Shown: positions 18,413-26,438 of the stretch, piece by piece
Position numbering within the stretch: the stretch's first letter is position 1
How the letters are laid out: every line of letters begins with the position of its first letter
Source of the DNA: Terriglobia bacterium
Lineage (GTDB): Bacteria; Acidobacteriota; Terriglobia; Versatilivoradales; Versatilivoraceae
Direction: 5' to 3'
DNA: 64,000 nt
NCBI GenBank assembly: GCA_963665655.1
Contig: OY762429.1
Location: forward strand, 2,224,503-2,288,502
Position numbers and translations under genes: made by a program
Notes under the pieces: generated by a model
What the model was told of the DNA's origin: nothing
Database searches by the model: none
The model's input: only the letters and a program-made list of their open reading frames with translations

Positions 18413-18877
18413 CTATGCTACCTTTGCATTCCTCAAAAGCGCGTCAATACAATCCGAGAGGTTCCAGATCGGCTCCGCATCACCGTCATTGAGCATTTCA
18501 ATGATCTTGGGTAGCCCAGCTACGGCAAGTCCGCTGGCGAGCACCATCATCCTTCTCGGTTCCGATACGATCTGCACATCGCCAGTCTTTCCGATCGCGA
18601 TCAGCATAAGGGTATGCACGCGCCACGGATCGCTGCCGAATATCGATCCGTCGATGATCTTCTTCGTTTTGAATTTAGAGGGGTCTCTAGGTTCCAGACC
18701 AAGCCGCGCTGCGACGCAGACAGACAGGAACCAGAGATCGACCATGCGCGGAAACGGACTCTGATCGATGATCGCATCGGCGCTCCTTTGGCAGTAACGA
18801 GTAAACGCCTCGTGGAATTCCTCTGGGACGTTAATGTCGATCGCCTGAAACGGATTGAAATAACGGTCCGCCATCAC
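18413..18877 (-). CDS. Hypothetical protein (154 aa)
   Basis: Tightly packed between the SMC-like ATPase (4-nt overlap) and the HK-like gene, with island-like low GC. No recognisable motif. Confidence 0.45.
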   Translation of the reverse strand: MMADRYFNPFQAIDINVPEEFHEAFTRYCQRSADAIIDQSPFPRMVDLWFLSVCVAARLGLEPRDPSKFKTKKIIDGSIFGSDPWRVHTLMLIAIGKTGDVQIVSEPRRMMVLASGLAVAGLPKIIEMLNDGDAEPIWNLSDCIDALLRNAKVA

Positions 18878-21030
18878 CTGTCTCCTATGATTGACGCTAT
18901 GTCTCTGTCGACCTGCGCATCGTCATGGCGTTGACAAAGTTGGCATTCCTTGCGGTGATTGCATTCACAGCGCAGAACCTTACGTTCAGCGACGCCCGGA
19001 TCGTTGACGAGCATTTTCGGGTAATGCGTCGTATTGGTCAGCGTGAAAACTACACCCGCCGTCTCATCGATGATGTCCTCGCACCCGGCGATTTCATCGT
19101 GAGTGAGAAAGAGCACGAGCTGTGTACTTTCGCGTACTGCCTTTCGCAGTATCGAGCGCTTGACGTACCCGCTTGTCATCCCGAGCGGCGTGTCGATGAC
19201 ATTGGGCGCTTCGACCTCGCTGACCCTCGTTAGCGCAAGGATGAAAGCCAGTGTCAGTGCGCGTCGCGATGCCCCGTTGAGGTCACGGTCCGGGTTGAGC
19301 ATCCTGTTGTTCGGCCCGTAGACGATTATGTCGAATTCCCGGCTGATTTCGGCGTGCCGGATAATCGCGCCCTGTTGCGGGTCCGCGCCGATCATTTCGA
19401 GAAAGATGTAATTCATCCGTTCGCTGACCTTGGCGAGTTCCTCATTCGCCATCCGCCTATACGCGCTCATCAATACCTTCATCACATCCTGAGTGACTTC
19501 AAGTTCGGCCAGTATGCGTGCGCCTTTCTTCTGCTCGCGCAGCAGTCGGTCGCGTGTGTTCTCAAGGATTTCGCGTTCACGGTGGAGCCCTGTGAGCTGT
19601 GTTTCGATTGCAGCACGCTTTGCCAGACACCGGTCGCGCTGGTCCTTGTATTGCCGCAGGGTTACCCGCAGGCCTTGGATGTCTGTGTTCGGCAATGCGT
19701 CGAGTTGTAGTTCCAGCCCTCGGTATTTGCGTCCCGCTTCATCGCGAACGATCTGGATGCCATCCCGACGTTCGACGACCTTCTTGTACTCTTCTAGCCA
19801 TTCGCTAGTCGCCGCATTGCCAGCACCTTGCAACGGCTTAGCACTGTAAAACAGGTCAGTAATAATCTCTTGAATTTCGTCGGCGCGCTGGCTGTCATCG
19901 ATCAGCTTCTGAATATAGGCGCGACGCTTGTCACCTTGCAGGTCTCCCGGTTCAAGCGTTTCACCACAAATGCAGAGTTCGGCTGAGAGGCGCTCTTGCA
20001 AGACCGGGATCGTCGTGTTAGGGATCTTGCCCTGATCGTGTAGTTCTTCGAGTTTCTCGTAGGCCTTGCCGAGCAGGGGCGCAAGCAGATCGGTCGCGAT
20101 TGAGCGGCTACGGAAAAGGGCCGAATGTTCCTTGTTGGCTGTAGCGAGCTGGTAATCGAGTTGCCCTATATCTTGCCTGGTGGTTTCAAGCTCCTTCCGT
20201 AGCTTCACCTTGTCACCTTTTTGAAGGGCGGCTGCGATTTTGCGGTCGGTTTCGTTCACCTTCTCTTCGAATGCTGCGAATTGCTGTTTCACATCCTCGA
20301 GATCGTCTTCCAGTTTGTTCCAGTCCTCATTAATTTCTTCGAGGCGTGAAGCGGTGCTGTTCAGCTCGCTGTCACTTCCGACCTGTTTCGCGTTCCTGTT
20401 CACTTCTGCTGCAGATTTGCGGACATGCTTAATCGCATCGCCGATCACACCGACGCCGAGAAGGGAACGGATAGCGCGCTGAACGCGCTCGCGCTTGGTC
20501 GAAAGTGCTGCATCGGCTTCGATGAAGCTGAGCGCGCGGTCGCCATCCGTAAAGAAGACCTCACGCAGTTCCGGCGGTAGTTCGTCGTTGATAAGGGATT
20601 CGGGTGCAACGATGGGAGCTGCGCCGCTGTCGTTCAGCGCAAACAGCTTCACCGTTGATGCTGAACGGTAAGATCTGCTTTCCACGTCTTCGAAAGCGGA
20701 ACGAACGAGGCGATAGTGCCGCCGCGTTTTGCGTAGTTTACCGGCCAATCTCCGGTAAGTCTTTAACTCGAACTCCAACGTCGCAGTGATTGGAACCCGT
20801 TTGCGCTCATTCGCATCCCAGTCGATAGGATGCAAGCGAAAACCATCGCCCTTGCCCGGCAAGGCAACGTCGCCGTAGAGCGCCCATTGCAGCGCATGAA
20901 GGATCGTCGTCTTACCTGATTCGTTCGCCGCACGTATGATCGTGAGGTTCCTCTCGGCATCGCTGGCGAATTCAAGCTCCAGATTCCGGAGCAGCCGGAA
21001 ATTTTCAAATGAGGCGCGAAGTAGCTTCAT
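18874..21030 (-). CDS. SMC/RecF/SbcC-like AAA ATPase with a long coiled-coil (DndD-like architecture)
   Basis: N-terminal Walker A NESGKTTILHALQWALYGD, a long heptad-rich middle region, a C-terminal signature/Walker B region (LVLFLTHDE) and terminal Cys cluster CECNHRKECQLC. Confidence 0.6.
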   Translation of the reverse strand: MKLLRASFENFRLLRNLELEFASDAERNLTIIRAANESGKTTILHALQWALYGDVALPGKGDGFRLHPIDWDANERKRVPITATLEFELKTYRRLAGKLRKTRRHYRLVRSAFEDVESRSYRSASTVKLFALNDSGAAPIVAPESLINDELPPELREVFFTDGDRALSFIEADAALSTKRERVQRAIRSLLGVGVIGDAIKHVRKSAAEVNRNAKQVGSDSELNSTASRLEEINEDWNKLEDDLEDVKQQFAAFEEKVNETDRKIAAALQKGDKVKLRKELETTRQDIGQLDYQLATANKEHSALFRSRSIATDLLAPLLGKAYEKLEELHDQGKIPNTTIPVLQERLSAELCICGETLEPGDLQGDKRRAYIQKLIDDSQRADEIQEIITDLFYSAKPLQGAGNAATSEWLEEYKKVVERRDGIQIVRDEAGRKYRGLELQLDALPNTDIQGLRVTLRQYKDQRDRCLAKRAAIETQLTGLHREREILENTRDRLLREQKKGARILAELEVTQDVMKVLMSAYRRMANEELAKVSERMNYIFLEMIGADPQQGAIIRHAEISREFDIIVYGPNNRMLNPDRDLNGASRRALTLAFILALTRVSEVEAPNVIDTPLGMTSGYVKRSILRKAVRESTQLVLFLTHDEIAGCEDIIDETAGVVFTLTNTTHYPKMLVNDPGVAERKVLRCECNHRKECQLCQRHDDAQVDRDIASIIGDR

Positions 21031-21041
21031 GTGTCCAATTC

Positions 21042-21272
21042 CTACTTACCCGCATTTTGGGCTCGCTGGTCCGCCAGGAAGTGCGCAGCGGCGTTGCATT
21101 TGTCATTGATTTTCTTCTGGATAGTCGTCGCAGAAACGCGATGACCTCGTTCGTATTCAAAAATGTCTGAAATCACGTCGATAATCTCTTCCCTGTAGCC
21201 ATTGCAGCGTTCTTCGATCTCTGCGCATTCCTCAAGGATGATCGAGATTATCTTCTTGTCATTCAGTGGCAT
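21042..21272 (-). CDS. Small hypothetical protein (76 aa)
   Basis: Fits exactly between the helicase and the ATPase genes, with gaps of 18 and 12 nt. No recognisable domain. Confidence 0.4.
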   Translation of the reverse strand: MPLNDKKIISIILEECAEIEERCNGYREEIIDVISDIFEYERGHRVSATTIQKKINDKCNAAAHFLADQRAQNAGK

Positions 21273-21289
21273 CTTGCAATCCTCCAGCC

Positions 21290-23542
21290 CTACAAGTAGG
21301 CAGCATCCACCATCTTGTCAATTGTTGCCAACGGCCCGTCCGGACGTCCAGCATTGCCAGCAAGCCGCGCGAATTCCTGTGCGCGGCGCAACTCGGAGCG
21401 CACGAGGCTACGTGCATCGGGGTCGAGCCCGTCTTCCATCTTGGGTGGTAACGCCAGTAAGTCATGAATGACACTAAACGTCTTTCCGATCGCACTGCAG
21501 GTTCGCAGTAATCGTCCGCGCCGCTGCACCCATTGCCGCTCCACAGTAGTGCTCGCGAGAATGAACGCCTTGCATATTTGCGGAATGTTCACGCCTTCAT
21601 CGAGTACGCGCTTGGCCGTCAGAACCTGAATCTCGCCGTCTTGGAAAGAGCCAATAATTCGTTTTGTCTGGTCTCTGCTCGCGGTTTCTTTCGCTGTTAG
21701 CTGATGGAACAAAATGTTCTTGTCCCGTAGCAGTCGGTTCACATTGTCGAGCTGTTCTGGTCCTTTATCCGAAGCATACACAAGAGTATGCCGCAACCCG
21801 CTGGCATCCTTTTCTTCAAGCAGGGACTTCAGCATTGCCACTTTGCCTGAGGCAGTTTCCAGTAGCGCCCGCCGATCGCGTAGCAGCTTGGCGAGGTACT
21901 CGTCTGGCTTGCCGTCCTTTTCGCGCCAAGCGTTCTGCTTGATCTTACCTGTCATAAAGAACCACTGGTCCATTTCACTTTCAGTCAGATAGACCGGGTG
22001 CAAGTAGTAGTCGTATTCGACAAGGCAGCGCCCGATTGCTTCTTCAAGCGTAAAGCGAAAAACTACCGGACCAAAAAATCCTAACAGCGCTTCCGTTCCC
22101 TTTTCGTCATATTGGCGGCTCGGTGTTGCTGACAGACCGATCCTATGCTCGAAAAACTCCGGCGGTCCTCCGGTGAATGAAACGCGCCCGAGATTGTGAG
22201 CTTCATCTGCGATTAGCAGCCTCGTGCACTCGAATCCATCTACAACATCGAGAAATTCTGGTGTGCACAGAGTATCGTGGCTGACGACGACTGCCTCGAC
22301 CTGCGACAGACCAGTGCGCAAGCGCCGTTTGATTTTGTGAAGCTCTCTCGCACGGTTGTTAGCGCCACCTGCCGTCGTAAGATTGATTGGTTTCAGTCCG
22401 AAGGGAACGATTTCATCGCACCACTGTTCGATCAAGGGTACATAGGGCGCAGCAATGACAATCAGAAGGGTATTGCACCTTTGATAAAGGCGGTGTGCAG
22501 CGATCATCGAGGTGATGGTTTTCCCAGAGCCAGTCGCCATCTCCAGGATGCCGCGAAATCCTGCCTTGCACCAAGCATTGACCGCCTTGCCCTGGTGTTC
22601 AAACGGACCGTCTTCGTATCGCAGAAATCTCGGTATCGCAAAGTCTTTCTTCAGTGCGGGAACGGACCCGTAAGATTCGGGGGGTTCCGCAACCCTCGTG
22701 GCGCGACAGTAGAGCGTGCGAAGTTCGTCTTCGGTCGGTGGGGTCTCCGCGCTGTAGGTACGCAGCAGGCGCAGCTTCACGGCCTCCGGCATCGCGATTA
22801 CTATGCAATTATCATCCCTGTTCTCCCACAAGCCTCCGAATTTATAGCTCAGCTTGTCGGTAATGTAGCGCTGGTTCGGGTCCTGCCAAGAACGCGAGAT
22901 TGCTATTTGTTCTATGTTTTTGCGAATACCAGCATAGGTTACATTGCTCGATCCGTGAGCCGCGACGATATCGGTACCATTTTCGAACAACCAAACCTTC
23001 GGATGAAAGAGCGCTTCTTTCATCAGGGCAACCTTGATTTCGATACGATGCTCACGTACTAGCCAGGTCAAACATTTCAACGTGTGGCGCTGCAGCAGAT
23101 CTTCCGTGACTGTCAGCTCTTTCAAAATCCTATCGGCGACTGTTTCCGGGGAGTGTAAACCGTCCCTGATGGCGGCCTGGTCTTCGGTCCGTAGCACTGG
23201 ACTGATGATCAGCCTGAAGCTACTCTCCGAACAGGCAATATAGGTTGCAAGGCCAGGAGCAAGCGAGGCTAGCACTTCACTTGAGAAAAAACCAACCATA
23301 CACGCAACCCTTTCCGCTGCCTGGAAGCTGGGAATCAACACTTCTTCGGCGAGCGGATCGCCCGGGAGTATGTAAAGTGGTCTGGCTTCGTCCAGCGACT
23401 GCAAACTCCTCACTTGTGTCAATGTGTTCGGGTCTCGCCGCACTGGCGGTTCATTTGTCATATGAATTCCCTTCATTCGTCGTTGTCGAATTGACCGACT
23501 CGATCGCGCGTAATGAAGTGCCGGTTGCAATGCCGGCACCAT
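21290..23542 (-). CDS. PLD-like (HKD-variant) nuclease domain fused to an SF2 DEAH-box helicase
   Basis: N-terminal HPKVWLFE...AAHGSSN resembles an HxK...GSxN PLD motif. Helicase motif I EMATGSGKT, motif II LLIADEAHNLG and a C-terminal QRRGRLLR (motif VI). The start is uncertain: alternative Mets at 23476 and 23461. Confidence 0.65.
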   Translation of the reverse strand: MVPALQPALHYARSSRSIRQRRMKGIHMTNEPPVRRDPNTLTQVRSLQSLDEARPLYILPGDPLAEEVLIPSFQAAERVACMVGFFSSEVLASLAPGLATYIACSESSFRLIISPVLRTEDQAAIRDGLHSPETVADRILKELTVTEDLLQRHTLKCLTWLVREHRIEIKVALMKEALFHPKVWLFENGTDIVAAHGSSNVTYAGIRKNIEQIAISRSWQDPNQRYITDKLSYKFGGLWENRDDNCIVIAMPEAVKLRLLRTYSAETPPTEDELRTLYCRATRVAEPPESYGSVPALKKDFAIPRFLRYEDGPFEHQGKAVNAWCKAGFRGILEMATGSGKTITSMIAAHRLYQRCNTLLIVIAAPYVPLIEQWCDEIVPFGLKPINLTTAGGANNRARELHKIKRRLRTGLSQVEAVVVSHDTLCTPEFLDVVDGFECTRLLIADEAHNLGRVSFTGGPPEFFEHRIGLSATPSRQYDEKGTEALLGFFGPVVFRFTLEEAIGRCLVEYDYYLHPVYLTESEMDQWFFMTGKIKQNAWREKDGKPDEYLAKLLRDRRALLETASGKVAMLKSLLEEKDASGLRHTLVYASDKGPEQLDNVNRLLRDKNILFHQLTAKETASRDQTKRIIGSFQDGEIQVLTAKRVLDEGVNIPQICKAFILASTTVERQWVQRRGRLLRTCSAIGKTFSVIHDLLALPPKMEDGLDPDARSLVRSELRRAQEFARLAGNAGRPDGPLATIDKMVDAAYL

Positions 23543-23799
23543 ACCAGGTAATGAATTCCCATAAAGCTCGCCAGATCAATCAACCCACAAATTGGTTAAG
23601 CGCTTCCATGTTCAAACCGCTTGGGGACGTGCTTAACTGTCTCGCTAGTTTCAAAAAAAGAGTGTTGACTCCTATGAAAGTCATCGCCTACGGCGATTGC
23701 TACGCACAACCCAAGTTGGGGCGGATGCTCCGCAAAAGGGGGGTTAACGTTTTGTTTGAGGGCATGGACGGGGGGCACCACCGCTGTGGTTCCACTAAA

Positions 23800-24513
23800 T
23801 CAGCGCCCTAATAGTGTTCTAAGTTTCTCTATTACGTGCCATTGTCTGGATCGCCTTAGATAACCCGGATGGTACGTTCGGAAGGATTTCCTATGCTCTT
23901 TGTCGTGGTTCAAACGGTTCAAGCAAGCTAAGCAACGCAAATTGAATCCCTTGACCTGTTCGAACTCCACACAGGGGAAGGTTGCTTTGATTCGGTTATC
24001 ATACCAATGCCCAGTGAAGAGAATGACAACATCTGGTTTTGTTACGCACAGTTCGTACTGGCGAAGACAGGTCGAGCAGATTAGCTCCTCAAGCTCATGG
24101 TGAGGCTTCTGCCCATTGTCATCAACTTTGATCAGGTTTGACCAAAGGAATCCCCGCGGTGGTCCGTCGGGATTCAGAAAATTGTAGACCTCATAAGCCG
24201 CTTGCCAGAAAGGCGATTTCATTTTCCTTTTCCCCATCTCGAAACGACGATACTGGTCGAGGAGAGCCTCAATACCATCTTCTGGGTGGCCCCACCCGTT
24301 CGTTTGCTGGCCGACCACCATCAACTTCACGCTTGCTTCGTGGTACGCGTGGGGAACATGGATAAGCAATGGTCCTCCAAGATTCCGTTCCTTAGAAAGC
24401 TGGGACCAAACATCATTATCAAGAACCGTCGAATACATCTCGAAGAGCTTACGATTCATGTCGAACATTCGGTCCCCTTTATTGGCGTCCCAGGTGCTCA
24501 GCGTGCGGACCAC
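23800..24513 (-). CDS. Hypothetical protein (237 aa), first gene of the minus-strand island operon
   Basis: Coding-like ORF in the low-GC island, preceded by a ~330-bp AT-rich non-coding region. No recognisable domain. Confidence 0.4.
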   Translation of the reverse strand: MVRTLSTWDANKGDRMFDMNRKLFEMYSTVLDNDVWSQLSKERNLGGPLLIHVPHAYHEASVKLMVVGQQTNGWGHPEDGIEALLDQYRRFEMGKRKMKSPFWQAAYEVYNFLNPDGPPRGFLWSNLIKVDDNGQKPHHELEELICSTCLRQYELCVTKPDVVILFTGHWYDNRIKATFPCVEFEQVKGFNLRCLACLNRLNHDKEHRKSFRTYHPGYLRRSRQWHVIEKLRTLLGR

Positions 24514-24847
24514 AATGGGATCAGGAGGCTACGAACAACCTTGAGTCCCATCTCAGCAATGAACTTTGCAGATGTTGCTGCCTTCCAACCGACTGTCATG
24601 GAGTTGCTAAGTTCAATGGTCAAGCTGGAATAGCCCATAATATGGGTCCGCGTTTCTACAGAAACACCACTCGCATGAAAGTGAAACGATTCAGAAGCAA
24701 TTTATAACCCCTGACACACACTATTTCGCACACTTCCAAGAAAACATCCTGGCTGAGATCCCATAGGTCGTGAGTTTTCTCGTTCAGGATAAGTGATAAA
24801 TCTGGCACCCATGGTTTGTTCGCCCCACTTCAGGTACAGACTTCACC

Positions 24848-25600
24848 TCACGGCCACTTCCAATTGACTTTCGCTTCGGACCGCCGCACGGTGAGGGCGC
24901 GTAGGTCCGGGGCCGCGGTCTAATACCCGCGGCCGGCCTTTGGCCCAAAGAGCCTTGATTTCCTGGACGAGTGCCCCTGACGGATCGTTGCACAGGTCAC
25001 CCGTCGGGATCCCACGGTCGCAGCCTGGGGATCCAGCGCGGCACGTTGGCCTTGTAGCACCGATAGCTGTCTCCGAATCGCCTTTCCAGGCCCGGCTCCT
25101 CAAACCTCAGGAAATAGAGCATCTTGAGCAGGAAAAAGACCGCCATCCACCCGGCCAGGTGCCACGAGCCCAAGAGCAGCGATTCGGCGCCGAGGAGGAG
25201 AAGCACGCTCGTAATAATAGGATTTCTGACGTGGCGGTAGGGGCCGTAAACAACCAGTCTGGTTGGTGGAGCCCAGGGCGCGGGAGTCCCCCTGCCGACC
25301 TTCACAAACAGCTTGGCGCACCAGGTAGACAAAACCAGGCCGGTGGTCGCCAAGGCAATGCCGCTCCAGAATCGGACCTGTTCCGGCCCTGCCGGAGCAA
25401 TGGCGCCCGGCCTATCGGCCACCAACCACAGGATCGCGCCGGGAATGTACACGAGGATGGTGCCCGGAAGGATGAGGATGTGCTTGACCCACTGCAGAAT
25501 CATTCCCGTCCCAACGGCCAGACTGCTCTCAGGGCCCTTTCCAATTGACCTCCGCGTCGGGCCGCCGCAGGTAGAAGGCGCGCAGGTCCGGGGGCGCGGT
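24848..25600. repeat. Imperfect direct repeat (~63 bp, ~84% identity): one copy at 24848-24910, the other at 25535-25600 (the 3-prime end of tsaB)
   Basis: TTCCAATTGAC followed by about 52 further alignable bases with ~10 mismatches in both copies. The second copy encodes the TsaB C-terminus; the first lies at the right edge of the low-GC island. Confidence 0.7.
24997..25503 (-). CDS. Isoprenylcysteine carboxyl methyltransferase / phospholipid methyltransferase family membrane protein (paralog of the gene at 543..1076)
   Basis: YRHVRNPIITS motif and a C-terminal EEPGLERRFGDSYRCYKANVPRWIP, with hydrophobic helices. High GC. Confidence 0.6.
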   Translation of the reverse strand: MILQWVKHILILPGTILVYIPGAILWLVADRPGAIAPAGPEQVRFWSGIALATTGLVLSTWCAKLFVKVGRGTPAPWAPPTRLVVYGPYRHVRNPIITSVLLLLGAESLLLGSWHLAGWMAVFFLLKMLYFLRFEEPGLERRFGDSYRCYKANVPRWIPRLRPWDPDG

Positions 25601-26212
25601 CCACTCCCCCCGGTCCGCCTTGGAATACGCCAGGGCGGCCAGGGCGCGGCCCAGAAAGGGATCGGTCTGGGCTACCCGCCACCGGGCGCGGTTCCTGGAC
25701 CGGATAAGCTCCCGATATTTCTGGGCCCCGCCTCCCAGGAAGAGCACGGTCTCCTCGTCCAGGGCGTCCAGCAGTTCTCCCGGGGCGCCCACAAACCCGG
25801 AGTCCCGCTGAACCAGGCCGGTCCGGCCGCGCTCGAAGACCGCAGCGTACACCTCGCCCCGGCGGGCATCGATCATGGGGACCATCACCCCGCGCCACTC
25901 CGGGAACCTTTCCACCCAGGCCTCGAAGGCGGTAACGGCAACGGTGGGCCTGTCCCGCGTTTCCGCCAGACCCTTGACCGTGGTCAATCCGATCCGGACG
26001 CCGGTGAAGGAACCGGGACCGCAGATGACCCCGAAGGCCTGAATGTCATCAAGAGACCATTCCGAATGGCTGAGGAGGTGCTGGATGCCGGACAGCAGTC
26101 GAGCGGTGTGGGTAAGGGCGGAATCCAGGTTGATCTCGCCCAGGATGGTGTCATCCTCCGATAACACAATGCTTCCGGCGCTGCCGGAGGTGTCCAGGCA
26201 AAGGAGTTTCAC
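25529..26212 (-). CDS. tsaB: tRNA threonylcarbamoyladenosine biosynthesis protein TsaB (YeaZ)
   Basis: MKLLCLDTSGSAGSIVLSEDD N-terminus and the inactive-Kae1-like ASKHSD fold pattern, ~227 aa. Confidence 0.75.
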   Translation of the reverse strand: MKLLCLDTSGSAGSIVLSEDDTILGEINLDSALTHTARLLSGIQHLLSHSEWSLDDIQAFGVICGPGSFTGVRIGLTTVKGLAETRDRPTVAVTAFEAWVERFPEWRGVMVPMIDARRGEVYAAVFERGRTGLVQRDSGFVGAPGELLDALDEETVLFLGGGAQKYRELIRSRNRARWRVAQTDPFLGRALAALAYSKADRGEWTAPPDLRAFYLRRPDAEVNWKGP

Positions 26213-26438
26213 AGTGGGAATCTCCCCGCGGACCAGCGCGCCGCCGGCCCGGCTTCAATGGGGGTCGGGGGTTCGTTGACACCCCCCGGGGCAGATTATA
26301 TACTCCGGGATTTTGACGGAACAATCGCCAATCGCATAGAGTCCAGCGCGTGCCGCTCCCGCCCGGGAGGTCCACACCCGGCACGCTTCCAGCACCTCTC
26401 GGGGCCGCTCTTCCCGACCCATCTCAGCGGACTTCGGC

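Noticed and set aside
18413-18877. 154-aa protein as a possible Hpt phosphotransfer domain (Detocs DtcB analogue)
   Set aside because: I cannot see an HxxKG-type phosphohistidine motif or an obvious four-helix-bundle pattern. It is left as hypothetical.
12553-23542. Assignment of the operon to SspE, SspFGH or DndFGH
   Set aside because: No DUF262/DUF1524 (SspE) architecture is present. I cannot recall the SspFGH/DndFGH domain compositions reliably enough to claim a match, and the presence of a full HK core argues for something different. I have left it as a candidate new module pending profile searches.
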